Below are positions 10,505 through 19,908 of a stretch of DNA of 64,000 nucleotides, in pieces; position 1 is the first letter of the stretch; the number at the start of each line of letters is the position of its first letter. The position numbers were made by a program, and so were the translations under genes. Origin of the DNA: a virus (taxonomy: Duplodnaviria; Heunggongvirae; Uroviricota; Caudoviricetes); IMG/VR virus record IMGVR_UViG_3300005831_000057; one strand, 5' to 3'. The notes below the pieces were generated by a model that saw only the letters and a program-made list of their open reading frames with translations, had not been told where the DNA came from and ran no database searches.

Positions 10505-11284
10505 ATGAATCAAAAAGGATTTGAATTATTAAAAGTTTTAGAAGGGTGTAGTCTTAAGGCTTATAAACTTGAAGGCGAGAAATACTTTACAATTGGATAC
10601 GGTTATAGCTTTGACGAGTCAATAACAGAAGACACAGTTTGGACACAAAAACATGCAGAAGAGATGTTAATGAAATCTGTTGGCAAATATGAAGATTATG
10701 TTCACATACACGCTGGAAGATATGGATTTAATTTCAACGAGAATCAAATATCAGCATTAACTTCATATTGTTACAATCGTGGCGAAGGTGGAATCATAGA
10801 ACTTTTGGGCGTAAGCAAAACAATCGAAGATGTATCAGAGAATATCGTTGAGTACTGGGGGCGTTCTTACAGATATAAAAATGCGCTAATCGAAAGACGT
10901 AAAAAGGAAAAGATTTTATTTGACACAAAAGTAAATAGTGATACCAAAGTAAATATAGTAAAACATACAACAAAAGTATCAAAAGGTGATATCGTTAAGT
11001 CTATGCAAAATGCTCTGAATTTAAGCTATGACAGTAAATTAGCGGTTGATGGTAAGATTGGAATGAAGACATTGAAAGTATTAAAATCTACATTTGTAAA
11101 AAATAGAACTGAAAACGAATATGCAAAATGGGTTCAATCAAGACTTAAAGAACGTGGGTATTGCATTAAAGTTGACGGAATTTTTGGCGATGAAAGCGAG
11201 AAGGTACTTAGGTCATTCCAAAGAAATAATAAAATTAAAGTAGATGGTATCTGCGGATATTATACAGTTACTAGATTAGTATAA
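10505..11284 (+). CDS. Endolysin: phage lysozyme (GH24-like) N-terminal domain plus two PG_binding_1-like repeats
   Basis: LEGCSLKAYKLEGEKYFTIGYGY matches the phage lysozyme catalytic region. C-terminal VDGKIGMKTLKVLK and VDGIFGDESEKVLRSFQ repeats match peptidoglycan-binding domains. Confidence 0.8.
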   Translation: MNQKGFELLKVLEGCSLKAYKLEGEKYFTIGYGYSFDESITEDTVWTQKHAEEMLMKSVGKYEDYVHIHAGRYGFNFNENQISALTSYCYNRGEGGIIELLGVSKTIEDVSENIVEYWGRSYRYKNALIERRKKEKILFDTKVNSDTKVNIVKHTTKVSKGDIVKSMQNALNLSYDSKLAVDGKIGMKTLKVLKSTFVKNRTENEYAKWVQSRLKERGYCIKVDGIFGDESEKVLRSFQRNNKIKVDGICGYYTVTRLV

Positions 11285-11358
11285 ATAAAAGTGCCATATC
11301 TTAATTGGTGTGGCACTATACTTATGATAAAAACAAACATTAAAAGGGAGGACATAAT

Positions 11359-13698
11359 ATGTACGCAGAAATCAATGATTTAGAAAATATATCTGGAAGT
11401 GTACAAACTACAGATTTAATAGTAATAGACAGAAATGATGGGCAAGACGCAAAAAATGCAAACATGTCACAAGTAAAAGAATATATGTGGAGAGATTTAG
11501 TACAAAGCGGAGGTGCTCCTACAAATCTTGCACTTGTATACGACACAGTTGACGACATGAAAGATTCCACAGCTACAGTTGGAACTAAGGTTAAGACTTA
11601 CGGTTATTATGTATTAGGCGACGGAGGTGGTGCTGATTATGTAATTTATGCATCTACATCAGAAGGGACTAGTTTCTATATAACACTTAATAATGGCAAT
11701 AAGGCTGTTTTGGCTGATAGAGAAGTACATCCATTACAGGTAGGATTTAGAACTAACTTAACAGATTTAGATACTATTGTAAAAGTTGATGCTAACTGGT
11801 TAATATTGAAAAATTTAATAGCAGACTTGAAAACAAACAAGACTAGAGATATGGTAAAATTTGACAGATTACTTAGCCTTAACAGAGTTTATACCGAGTG
11901 GATCAGTAACAGAAATTGTCCGATTGGCTTTTATAGTGACAGTACAACAGATGGAGCTACTACTACTGGTCATGTAAAAAACACTTATAGCGATGCTACA
12001 TTTAAAGTTACAATAAACGATTCTCCGAACGCATATCCTACAAAATTGGTAGACTATATAAAAATGGCAAGCAATAAGCCTTCGATTCCAGTATCATGTT
12101 ACAATGGTGGATTTGATGGTATGTCATTTGTTAGCGGATTCGGTCTTAGATATTGGTATAATACTTGGTTTAGAGGATTGTTAGGAAGTAACGTAGATTA
12201 TTCAGATGTAAGAATGATTGTGATAGGATTCGGAACTAATGATATTAAAAATGCTGGAAATACTGCCCCAGTTGTAGATTCGTTTTCAAGAGACTTAGAG
12301 TGTGCTATAATTGACAGTTTTCTGCGTGGAGTTCAGCCAGTAATTCAGTCTCCAGTTATTAATAGTAGACGTGTTGGATCTACGGTAAATTCTATCAACG
12401 GCGACGAAACAATTACTATAATAGAAAGTGTAGAAAAGGAGTTATGCTTGAAATATAATCTTGAGTATATAAGTATGAGAGATCCTCTTGATAATATACT
12501 AGATATGTATACAGTTCTTAATTTTGGAGATTTCATGTCTGCTACAGATATGCTACATCCGACAGATATGGGACATAGACTTCATGCTGGATATCTTTGC
12601 ACTTTGTTAAATCCTAATATTGCCAAGATAGACGAGAATAAATCACTTAAAACTTTATGGGCTGGACATCCCAACTTTGTAATGAATCCAACAGAAATAA
12701 TTGCACCTGTAGTATGGGATGGAACTGTACTTAAAGAGATTCCAGATCCATATAATGCACCAGAAACCTATTATTATGATTGGGCTGCGTCTGAAGGCAA
12801 TACTAAAGTTTATGGCGATTTATTAATGCAATTTCCATGTTGGTGCGATAGACCTACTGCTTTATATTATAACAAGATAGACAATGATGATACCACTGGC
12901 AGAAATATAGATGTATATTCAACAATAGTAAATACCACTGAGACGCTCACAGTCGTTCAAGAAAGCTATGTTCAGCCAGAGACTACTTACTATTCAGATA
13001 AGACATTTGTGTGCCTTCTACCAGCTGGATTAAGCCATATAAAGGTATATGCTAACCATAAAGCTTCTAATCAGAGAGTTGGATCGTTTTATTTAGCCGA
13101 AGTTAACGAACAGTTCTTATTCGAACTTGGACGTGGAAGTTCTACTTCTAACTACTATACAAAGCTTATAAACTTTCATCCAGTATTCAGCACATATACT
13201 AGCAAGATGACGAGACGTAAAAATTCTTTAATTGAATATTATAATGGAGCAGACGGAACTGCCGTTAACATAAGTTTTAAGTTGATAACTCCGCTAGACA
13301 CTGTTACTAGTTATGTAGTTTATAGTCATTTTAACGATGTTCAAGCATATAAGGATTGTTATAATAGTATTGTAATTCTTAATAATACAGTAACTCTTAG
13401 AACTAGGACATTGGCTGCGACAAATATTATAAACACACAAACAATAGCTGGATTAAATGCATTGTTAGTTTCTGGAGCGGAAGTTCTTATAACTTATATA
13501 TCAAACTTTTCTGGAGGCGGAGGAGTTTCTGTGAGAATGTATGTAGACGGAACTCTTAAGTATACGTACACATCAACAGTATTGGGACAGATATGGACAG
13601 AAGGATATGATTTGGCTATACCTTCAATACTAGCTAAAGATTTATGCATAGCTACCAAAGTTCCAGTTGATGGATTTGATTTGATTTATTTAATATAA
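11359..13698 (+). CDS. SGNH/GDSL-family hydrolase domain protein (779 aa), possibly an esterase-bearing fibre or depolymerase
   Basis: SGNH blocks readable: I FYSDSTTDG (Ser nucleophile), III IGFGTNDIKN, V DMLHPTDMGH (DxxH). Long flanking N- and C-terminal regions. Confidence 0.55.
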   Translation: MYAEINDLENISGSVQTTDLIVIDRNDGQDAKNANMSQVKEYMWRDLVQSGGAPTNLALVYDTVDDMKDSTATVGTKVKTYGYYVLGDGGGADYVIYASTSEGTSFYITLNNGNKAVLADREVHPLQVGFRTNLTDLDTIVKVDANWLILKNLIADLKTNKTRDMVKFDRLLSLNRVYTEWISNRNCPIGFYSDSTTDGATTTGHVKNTYSDATFKVTINDSPNAYPTKLVDYIKMASNKPSIPVSCYNGGFDGMSFVSGFGLRYWYNTWFRGLLGSNVDYSDVRMIVIGFGTNDIKNAGNTAPVVDSFSRDLECAIIDSFLRGVQPVIQSPVINSRRVGSTVNSINGDETITIIESVEKELCLKYNLEYISMRDPLDNILDMYTVLNFGDFMSATDMLHPTDMGHRLHAGYLCTLLNPNIAKIDENKSLKTLWAGHPNFVMNPTEIIAPVVWDGTVLKEIPDPYNAPETYYYDWAASEGNTKVYGDLLMQFPCWCDRPTALYYNKIDNDDTTGRNIDVYSTIVNTTETLTVVQESYVQPETTYYSDKTFVCLLPAGLSHIKVYANHKASNQRVGSFYLAEVNEQFLFELGRGSSTSNYYTKLINFHPVFSTYTSKMTRRKNSLIEYYNGADGTAVNISFKLITPLDTVTSYVVYSHFNDVQAYKDCYNSIVILNNTVTLRTRTLAATNIINTQTIAGLNALLVSGAEVLITYISNFSGGGGVSVRMYVDGTLKYTYTSTVLGQIWTEGYDLAIPSILAKDLCIATKVPVDGFDLIYLI

Positions 13699-13701
13699 CA
13701 A

Positions 13702-13746
13702 AATAGGATAGTTGAGATTGGTTTTCTCTTCTATCCTATTTTTTAC
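13702..13746. terminator. Bidirectional rho-independent terminator between convergent gene blocks
   Basis: AATAGGATAG ... CTATCCTATT inverted repeat followed by a T-run, at the plus/minus strand switch. Confidence 0.55.
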
Positions 13747-13749
13747 ATT

Positions 13750-14295
13750 TTATCCAATTATATAACTTTTGTTAAACATTGCTCTTCTTGGGCATTTTAT
13801 TTCGATATATTTCCCGTCTACGTATTGCCACCACTCTCTGTCTGATATCTTAGAGTACAATCCCTCTTCTATTTTTTCAACTACAACATACTTATATGCT
13901 TCGTCGTGAAGGTCGCTTACTATGTCATGTGCACATTCCGCTATGTCGTCAAAGAATCCAAAACATTTTCTTGTAGAATCATTTACGTCGTCAATATCTT
14001 TAAGCCCAATAACTAAATATATATATGGTATCGGTGGAGATTCTGGTTCTTCTGGTGGACAATACTCTTTAAAATCTCTGTCTATAGATCCTTTTATTAC
14101 TATTGATGTGTTACAATTAGTGCATTTATACACTCTACTTCCATTTCTAGTTACGCTTGATTTAGTTAACGGAGAATCACACATATAGCATTTTCCGCCA
14201 TTATACTTTAAATCTACCAACTTATTTATTCTAGTTCCAAATAAATATATTATTACACAAAATATAGTTAAATACATAATAGCTTCATATTGCAT
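13750..14295 (-). CDS. Membrane-anchored zinc-ribbon protein
   Basis: N-terminal TM helix, then CxxC...CxxC (CYMCDS...CTNCN), a proline-rich linker and an acidic C-terminal domain. Confidence 0.35.
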   Translation of the reverse strand: MQYEAIMYLTIFCVIIYLFGTRINKLVDLKYNGGKCYMCDSPLTKSSVTRNGSRVYKCTNCNTSIVIKGSIDRDFKEYCPPEEPESPPIPYIYLVIGLKDIDDVNDSTRKCFGFFDDIAECAHDIVSDLHDEAYKYVVVEKIEEGLYSKISDREWWQYVDGKYIEIKCPRRAMFNKSYIIG

Positions 14296-14321
14296 ATCAA
14301 ATCCTCCTAATTAAATCTTTC

Positions 14322-14636
14322 TCAGTCTTTATTTAAAAAATTTTCATGTATCTTTCTTGTACTTTCAATGCCACACTTGATAAAATCGGTAAATCTATTT
14401 ATCTTATCTAGTGCAATGTCTACTTGTTCAATATTCCTACTTAAATTCCATTTTTCAATTTCGATTAAATCCTTAAATCCGTCACTTAAATTTTCGACAC
14501 TTTGTTCCATTGTTATCTGTAGTTCTTTGCTTGCCTTCTTTAAGTCTGACAAAGTATTCAATGCAACATCTAAATCCTCGTCAATCATTTTTTGTATTCT
14601 CTTCCCAGTATCTACTATATCGTCTAACGTACGCAT
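14322..14636 (-). CDS. Hypothetical coiled-coil protein
   Basis: 104 aa ORF in an operon with the neighbouring minus-strand genes. Confidence 0.3.
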   Translation of the reverse strand: MRTLDDIVDTGKRIQKMIDEDLDVALNTLSDLKKASKELQITMEQSVENLSDGFKDLIEIEKWNLSRNIEQVDIALDKINRFTDFIKCGIESTRKIHENFLNKD

Positions 14637-14708
14637 TATAGCCTTTCTCCTTTTGTTTTTTTATTTTCACAAGCAGCCATATATAATCAACCACTTGTGA
14701 ATTTAGTA

Positions 14709-15494
14709 CTACTTATAAAACTTCTGTCCACTCGAATTTACATATGTACAGTTCAAACTATTCCACCATCTCATGTCTCCGACTAGACTTGGCTCACAAA
14801 AATATACTGCTCCATTCGTGAAGTCTTTTGAATATAAAGCTTTATTAACAGCATTCTTAGTAGATTCTGTAACTTTTACGCTATAATATCTACCATCTGA
14901 AATTGGAGAAAACTGACTTCGTTGAAACACAACACCTTTTATAGTGTCTGGAAATTGATTGCTTTTAATCCTATTCAATACAACAAAACATATTGACATT
15001 TTTGCATTAATATTGCCACCAGTTTCTTCGGCTTCAACTATCCTATATAGAATATTCAGATCGTTTTGTGAAAATTTCCAACCATTACTGTTACTCTCCT
15101 TTTTAACAACCCTCTTAGACTTTTTAATTACTTTTTTCTTAACTGGTTTAGCGGTAGCATGTACTTTATGACTTCTTACAATCTTTGGCTTTTTAACAAC
15201 CTTGCTCTTTCTTACTACTGGAGTATGGGTTTTAGTTACCACATTTTTAACTATTTTCTTTACCACTAAACTTTTTGTGGGGGCTGGCAATGAATCAGAA
15301 TCTTCGCTACCCTCCTTGTTGTCTTTTTTTTCGATACCTAAGCTTTTATGTTCTGCTGACATTAATACTTTATCAGTTTTTACGAACTTTGTATTAGAAC
15401 GAGTACTTGATTCAGAATAACAAATCATTGGTGTAGATAATACTCCAACTAAAACAGTTAACGCAAAGGTACGACTTAGTCTCCTCTTTTTCAT
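14709..15494 (-). CDS. Secreted SleB/CwlJ-like cell wall hydrolase (Hydrolase_2 domain) with a Lys-rich linker
   Basis: Signal peptide (MKKRRLSRTFALTVLVGVLS), a lysine/valine-rich low-complexity linker, and C-terminal IVEAEETGG...VVLNR...VVFQRSQFSP motifs of the SleB cortex-lytic family. Confidence 0.65.
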   Translation of the reverse strand: MKKRRLSRTFALTVLVGVLSTPMICYSESSTRSNTKFVKTDKVLMSAEHKSLGIEKKDNKEGSEDSDSLPAPTKSLVVKKIVKNVVTKTHTPVVRKSKVVKKPKIVRSHKVHATAKPVKKKVIKKSKRVVKKESNSNGWKFSQNDLNILYRIVEAEETGGNINAKMSICFVVLNRIKSNQFPDTIKGVVFQRSQFSPISDGRYYSVKVTESTKNAVNKALYSKDFTNGAVYFCEPSLVGDMRWWNSLNCTYVNSSGQKFYK

Positions 15495-15538
15495 ATACTA
15501 TCTCCTTTTGTTTTTATAGCATTTACACAAACACTATA

Positions 15539-15691
15539 TTATTCTTCCAATATAAGGTCTAGCGTACATAGATAGCATATCTGGGAGTCTTCTAACAACA
15601 CATATATATCTTTACCATTTAAACTAATTATACTTCTTACTTTCCCTTTACGCTTTGTTATAGTCTCTACGTAATCGCCAATTTCGACCAT
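15539..15691 (-). CDS. Small protein (50 aa), translationally coupled
   Basis: GAGGAGG RBS 6 nt before the ATG. The ORF (MVEIGDYVETITKRKGKV...) is not in the supplied track because it is under 60 aa. Confidence 0.3.
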   Translation of the reverse strand: MVEIGDYVETITKRKGKVRSIISLNGKDIYVLLEDSQICYLCTLDLILEE

Positions 15692-15695
15692 TGGA

Positions 15696-16019
15696 TTATT
15701 CCTCCTCGGTTACAATACTTATTTTGTTAGATATAATGTTGTCCATTATTTCCTTTCCGATTTCTTGTATTGTGAACCTTGTATTAATAATAACATAGAT
15801 ATTGCATAATGTCAATAGTATTTTTGAAATTTTTACAATATCTTCTATAAAAAATATAACATCGGTGTCATTAGCGTTGGAATTAAATGTTGCAATTTTA
15901 GTATCTGACGATATAATATCTTTAGACAAGTCTAATTCGTCTACATAAAATCCGTCTCTTAGGCTTAAAAATATAATATACTCTTTATTGGTTAGATAAA
16001 TACTTTTGGCAAACATCAC
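15696..16019 (-). CDS. Hypothetical protein
   Basis: 107 aa ORF whose start overlaps the stop of the upstream gene. Confidence 0.3.
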   Translation of the reverse strand: MMFAKSIYLTNKEYIIFLSLRDGFYVDELDLSKDIISSDTKIATFNSNANDTDVIFFIEDIVKISKILLTLCNIYVIINTRFTIQEIGKEIMDNIISNKISIVTEEE

Positions 16020-17137
16020 TTAATCCCTTTGATGGTAGTATATAAATCATCGTACGATTCACATCTTATCCCATCCCAATCGCTATTAAATGCATATTTC
16101 TTACCAAAACAAATATCAACATCTGCGTTAGAAGTCTTAAGATTAGAACCAAGATCGTCTATAAAAATACCATTCATCATATTTATAGAAGATTTATCCT
16201 TGTATTTGTTCTCGTCAAGTAAAATTAGATTTGCATATGGAAAAATTCTTCCTAGTAATTCCGACTTACCTTTTAGATTTTTGTCAGTACCAATAGTTAC
16301 AAAATTAATTTCATATCCATCGTCGTACAACTTGTTAATTACCTCTTCTGAATTTTCAAAGAAATGCATATTTTCTTTATTAAAAAACCTGTCATCGTTG
16401 AAATATCCTTTTATGGTTTCCATTTTACAATTTACTTCTTCAAAATCCCAACTCACAACAATATTAGGATCAATATCTGTATCAAAGTCTTTGTTGTACA
16501 TTCCAACTACAGTTTTAAATGTATCGTTTAATGTTCCGTCAAAGTCAAAGAATAGTCTTTTTAGATATCTTTTATCTGTAGACCACTTATCGATTATCTC
16601 GTCTAGCGTAACTGGAGCGTAATCATAAAACATGCATCCAACATTATAAGCATTACACTCATATCCGTTATTATTTAAATCCCTAATCATCTTAAGAGCT
16701 ACATCGTGCTCTGGGGTTTTGTGAAAATGTCCATATAGATGAATTCCACCATGATAATGACCGTCATAAAATGGCATTAAGTAATGTGAAAGCACAACTT
16801 TCTTTGTTTCTCCATTGTTTAACGTAACAGATATTTTGGAATAGTCTGAAATCCCATTGAAAGCTTTTTTGTTAGTTCCATTGCTTAGGAATTTATCATG
16901 ATTTCCAGTTACTATATTAATCTGTCCGTTAAGTTTCTTTAAAAGACTAGGGACATCGTCGTGTCTCCAAATCATATCGCCAAGAACATATACAACTCCA
17001 TCTTTTGGCACTTTTTCATTCCATCGTCTTATAAGCTCGTTTTCCATTTCTTCTGTGTCTCTGAATGGTCTGTCATCGAATCCTATACAGTTATAATGTC
17101 CTATGTGTAAATCTGATGTAAAAAAAACTTTGCTCAT
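16016..17137 (-). CDS. Calcineurin-like metallophosphoesterase fused to a HAD-superfamily (DxDGT) phosphatase/nucleotidase domain
   Basis: MPE motifs DLHIGH, GDM, GNHD, GHFH in the N-terminal half. C-terminal FFDFDGTLNDT (HAD motif I) and IFIDD (motif IV). Confidence 0.65.
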   Translation of the reverse strand: MSKVFFTSDLHIGHYNCIGFDDRPFRDTEEMENELIRRWNEKVPKDGVVYVLGDMIWRHDDVPSLLKKLNGQINIVTGNHDKFLSNGTNKKAFNGISDYSKISVTLNNGETKKVVLSHYLMPFYDGHYHGGIHLYGHFHKTPEHDVALKMIRDLNNNGYECNAYNVGCMFYDYAPVTLDEIIDKWSTDKRYLKRLFFDFDGTLNDTFKTVVGMYNKDFDTDIDPNIVVSWDFEEVNCKMETIKGYFNDDRFFNKENMHFFENSEEVINKLYDDGYEINFVTIGTDKNLKGKSELLGRIFPYANLILLDENKYKDKSSINMMNGIFIDDLGSNLKTSNADVDICFGKKYAFNSDWDGIRCESYDDLYTTIKGIK

Positions 17138-17140
17138 CTA

Positions 17141-18115
17141 CTAATCATCCTCCTCTTCTGGAAATGTTGCTATGTCATCCCAATTGCTTGTATCAAATGG
17201 TATATCGTCACATATGAAATTAGACATCCGTTCGCTAAGCGTTGTCGGTGTTATAGCACGATGAATAGCATCAATAGCACTATCGAGTCCAACGACGTGA
17301 GTCGGACTATTATATGTCGCACCTGCCAACGAATCTACTACATTGCCATTATTAAACATAATTGTACGAACATCATTAGTTGTAATATTAGAATCAACAT
17401 AACCACTGCCATAATTACTGCTGAAATAACTATTAAAACTACTAGGCATATTATATAGTATATACTCTTCAAACTTAGACATATTAGTGTATTCTTTTGG
17501 AGACCTAGGTAATGTAGGTATACAGTTATATATCTTATTACTTAAATTTGAAAGTCTTCCATTCATATATTCTGCACAGTCAACAACGTTATTAATAACA
17601 GTATCTATTAAAATATCTACATGGCATGAATTGATGTTATAAAAATCATAATTATCAGCTGTCATCCTTCTTTCAATTTCTTCTTGAGAATCTCCTCTTG
17701 ACAACAATCTAATTTTGGTCTCTTGGTCGGTACATTTAACTAATACAGACGCAAAATTTATACTAGTATTATTAGATACCGCACGAAGACCGTCTGGGTT
17801 AAGAATCAAAACATTATTCATTCCAGAAAGCATCTTGGTCAAAGGAGTTCCATAAAAGCATTTTCCAAACGAAGCATCATAACTTGTAGTTTCTAAAAAC
17901 ACACCTTTGTGATTCATATTATCAAATTCTTCTTCCGATACAAAATGATAATCAACTCCGTCAACCTCACCTTCTCGCATAGGTCTTGTCGTACAAGTAA
18001 CCACTTTGTTCCATCCAAACTTGACCAACTCATTGACGATGGTCGTCTTACCGCTTCCACTTCTGCCGATTATTACACAGTTAAAGTTATTATTTTCACT
18101 TAAATTTCTAGGCAT
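17141..18115 (-). CDS. Guanylate-kinase-like nucleoside monophosphate kinase with a C-terminal extension
   Basis: P-loop GRSGSGKTT and the guanylate kinase signature TTRPMREGEVDGVDYHFVSEEEF. Confidence 0.7.
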   Translation of the reverse strand: MPRNLSENNNFNCVIIGRSGSGKTTIVNELVKFGWNKVVTCTTRPMREGEVDGVDYHFVSEEEFDNMNHKGVFLETTSYDASFGKCFYGTPLTKMLSGMNNVLILNPDGLRAVSNNTSINFASVLVKCTDQETKIRLLSRGDSQEEIERRMTADNYDFYNINSCHVDILIDTVINNVVDCAEYMNGRLSNLSNKIYNCIPTLPRSPKEYTNMSKFEEYILYNMPSSFNSYFSSNYGSGYVDSNITTNDVRTIMFNNGNVVDSLAGATYNSPTHVVGLDSAIDAIHRAITPTTLSERMSNFICDDIPFDTSNWDDIATFPEEEDD

Positions 18116-18380
18116 TAAAACCCTCCTTTCTATTTTTTATTTTTTCTTATCATACTTATAAATACAAGCAATATTCCAGTTGCAATAATTACTTGCGAAA
18201 ATACAAGTGTAGAGTTAAAAAATCCTGCAAAATCCATACTATCTTCTCCTATTCTTTTTATTTTCCTTAATACACTCTTGAATCGTTTCTATTATTACAA
18301 CTACAGCTCCTAGCGAAACTGCTACAGATAAAGCTACTACTATGCTTAAGAATAATTCTGTAAAAGTAGCTTTGTTTATC

Positions 18381-18409
18381 ATTGTAGCGTAATTAAATAT
18401 ATTTGTCAA
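18381..18409 (-). promoter_or_regulatory. Sigma-A-type promoter (minus strand): TTGACA-N17-TACAAT
   Basis: Reverse complement reads TTGACAaatatatttaattacgcTACAAT, upstream of a small hydrophobic peptide ORF. Confidence 0.45.
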
Positions 18410-18575
18410 ATTTAGTTCCCTTGCCTTTCTCTGTGTCTTTATATTTCTTTTCTTTTTCTTTCATTCCTCTTAAAGCCATCGTTAGTATAGTAGCTGGAAT
18501 AATCATTGCGAATATTACAACTACCAATCTTGACGACATTTCTAATAAATATTCTTGCATAAACCCTCCTTTTAA

Positions 18576-18809
18576 TTATCTTTCTAGTTCTACGATATTT
18601 GAAACTACTATCGTTATGTCGTCTTCGCAATTTTCAAAACAGCTTTTCTTTATTTCTTTAGGCAGCATCTTTACATATTCAATATTTATTGGAACATACA
18701 TATTTCTTAGGAATATATTTCCGTCGCCGTTAATCATTTTTGTATTATTTTTAAATGTGTAGTGTACAAGAAAATTTCTTCCTTTGTCCTGTTTACTCGT
18801 ATCGTTCAT
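18576..18809 (-). CDS. Hypothetical protein
   Basis: 77 aa ORF downstream of a consensus promoter. Confidence 0.3.
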   Translation of the reverse strand: MNDTSKQDKGRNFLVHYTFKNNTKMINGDGNIFLRNMYVPINIEYVKMLPKEIKKSCFENCEDDITIVVSNIVELER

Positions 18810-18843
18810 TTTTTCTATCTCCTTTTTGTTTATTTATAATACT

Positions 18844-18872
18844 ATTATACATACTCTTCTTAGTATTGTCAA
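18844..18872 (-). promoter_or_regulatory. Consensus sigma-A promoter (minus strand): TTGACA-N17-TATAAT
   Basis: Reverse complement reads TTGACAatactaagaagagtatgTATAAT. Confidence 0.55.
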
Positions 18873-18881
18873 TACCTAATT

Positions 18882-19244
18882 TTATAAAAATACACTTTTA
18901 TCTGGTAGCGCCAAAGGGTTGTATTTGTTTAGTTTATTTATTGATGTAACTTCGTAAAAAGTGCTGCCATCAATCGAAAACGTAATATTGATTATATCAT
19001 CTGCACCATTTTCAAAAACGCTATATATTGATATTTTACCACTTTTCATTTTACCTATTGTCGCACTATCCACTTTCTTAACTATCCATTCTTGGGATTT
19101 TCTATATTCATAACATAAGCATATATACTCTACGTTATTGGCATTTCTACATATAAACAATATAGGATGGTTGTCGTATTCCATAAGTGTTTCTGCGATA
19201 TACAAATCTCCTATGTTATGAATACTTTCGAAATATTTCTTCAT
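18882..19244 (-). CDS. Hypothetical protein
   Basis: 120 aa ORF. Confidence 0.3.
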   Translation of the reverse strand: MKKYFESIHNIGDLYIAETLMEYDNHPILFICRNANNVEYICLCYEYRKSQEWIVKKVDSATIGKMKSGKISIYSVFENGADDIINITFSIDGSTFYEVTSINKLNKYNPLALPDKSVFL

Positions 19245-19250
19245 TTACTA

Positions 19251-19892
19251 TTAATCCCTTTCGTCTTTATTTTTGTATTCAAATCTTATACTCGAAATTT
19301 CGTTATCGTCCATAATAATAGCACATAATCTACCACCAAATACACATCCGTTATCAATACATATACAATTGTACTTAATATTAACTAAATTGTCTTCTAC
19401 TGTAGTATGCCCATGCATGGTAAGACATTTGCGCTTAGAATCTACATTTCTACTCCATAAAATATCATCTTTTGTATTTTCTTCTATATCTGGTTTTGAT
19501 AGTGACGAGTGACACCAAACAATATCGCCATCTTTGAAATATAAAGGTAGACTTTTAATCGTGTGATACATCGCTTTATAACTCTGTCCGTTTTTATAAA
19601 AACTTCTCTTCGTTTTGTTACCGCCATTTGAAATCCAAGACTTATCCACTTCGTTTACATAATCCAAAAACATCTGTTCGTGATTTCCTAACAGCCATAT
19701 AAATTTGTCACTTTTGGCAATAATTCTAGTATTTATGATAAAATTAAAAAGTTCATAACTATTACGTCCTCTGTCTATTACATCTCCAGTAATTATAAGT
19801 CTATCTTGTTGTGGATCATAATTTATTTTATCTAACAATGTCATAAGTGTATAATAACATCCATGTATATCTCCGACTGTTATAGTTCTCAT
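19251..19892 (-). CDS. PPP-family (lambda-phosphatase-like) metallophosphoesterase
   Basis: GDIHGCYY, GDVIDRG and GNHE motifs. This is the same fold as the phosphoesterase module of bacterial Pnkp. Confidence 0.75.
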   Translation of the reverse strand: MRTITVGDIHGCYYTLMTLLDKINYDPQQDRLIITGDVIDRGRNSYELFNFIINTRIIAKSDKFIWLLGNHEQMFLDYVNEVDKSWISNGGNKTKRSFYKNGQSYKAMYHTIKSLPLYFKDGDIVWCHSSLSKPDIEENTKDDILWSRNVDSKRKCLTMHGHTTVEDNLVNIKYNCICIDNGCVFGGRLCAIIMDDNEISSIRFEYKNKDERD

Positions 19893-19908
19893 ATTCTCTC
19901 CTTTTATT

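Noticed and set aside
14640-14708. Inverted repeat TTCACAAG...CTTGTGAA after the SleB-like gene as a terminator
   Set aside because: On the transcribed (minus) strand the stem is followed by an A-run rather than a U-run. It is not a convincing intrinsic terminator.
18439-18630. Track ORF encoding a highly basic 63-aa peptide
   Set aside because: Its frame conflicts with a better-supported small hydrophobic ORF that is preceded by an AAGGAGGG RBS. Its composition looks like a frame artefact.
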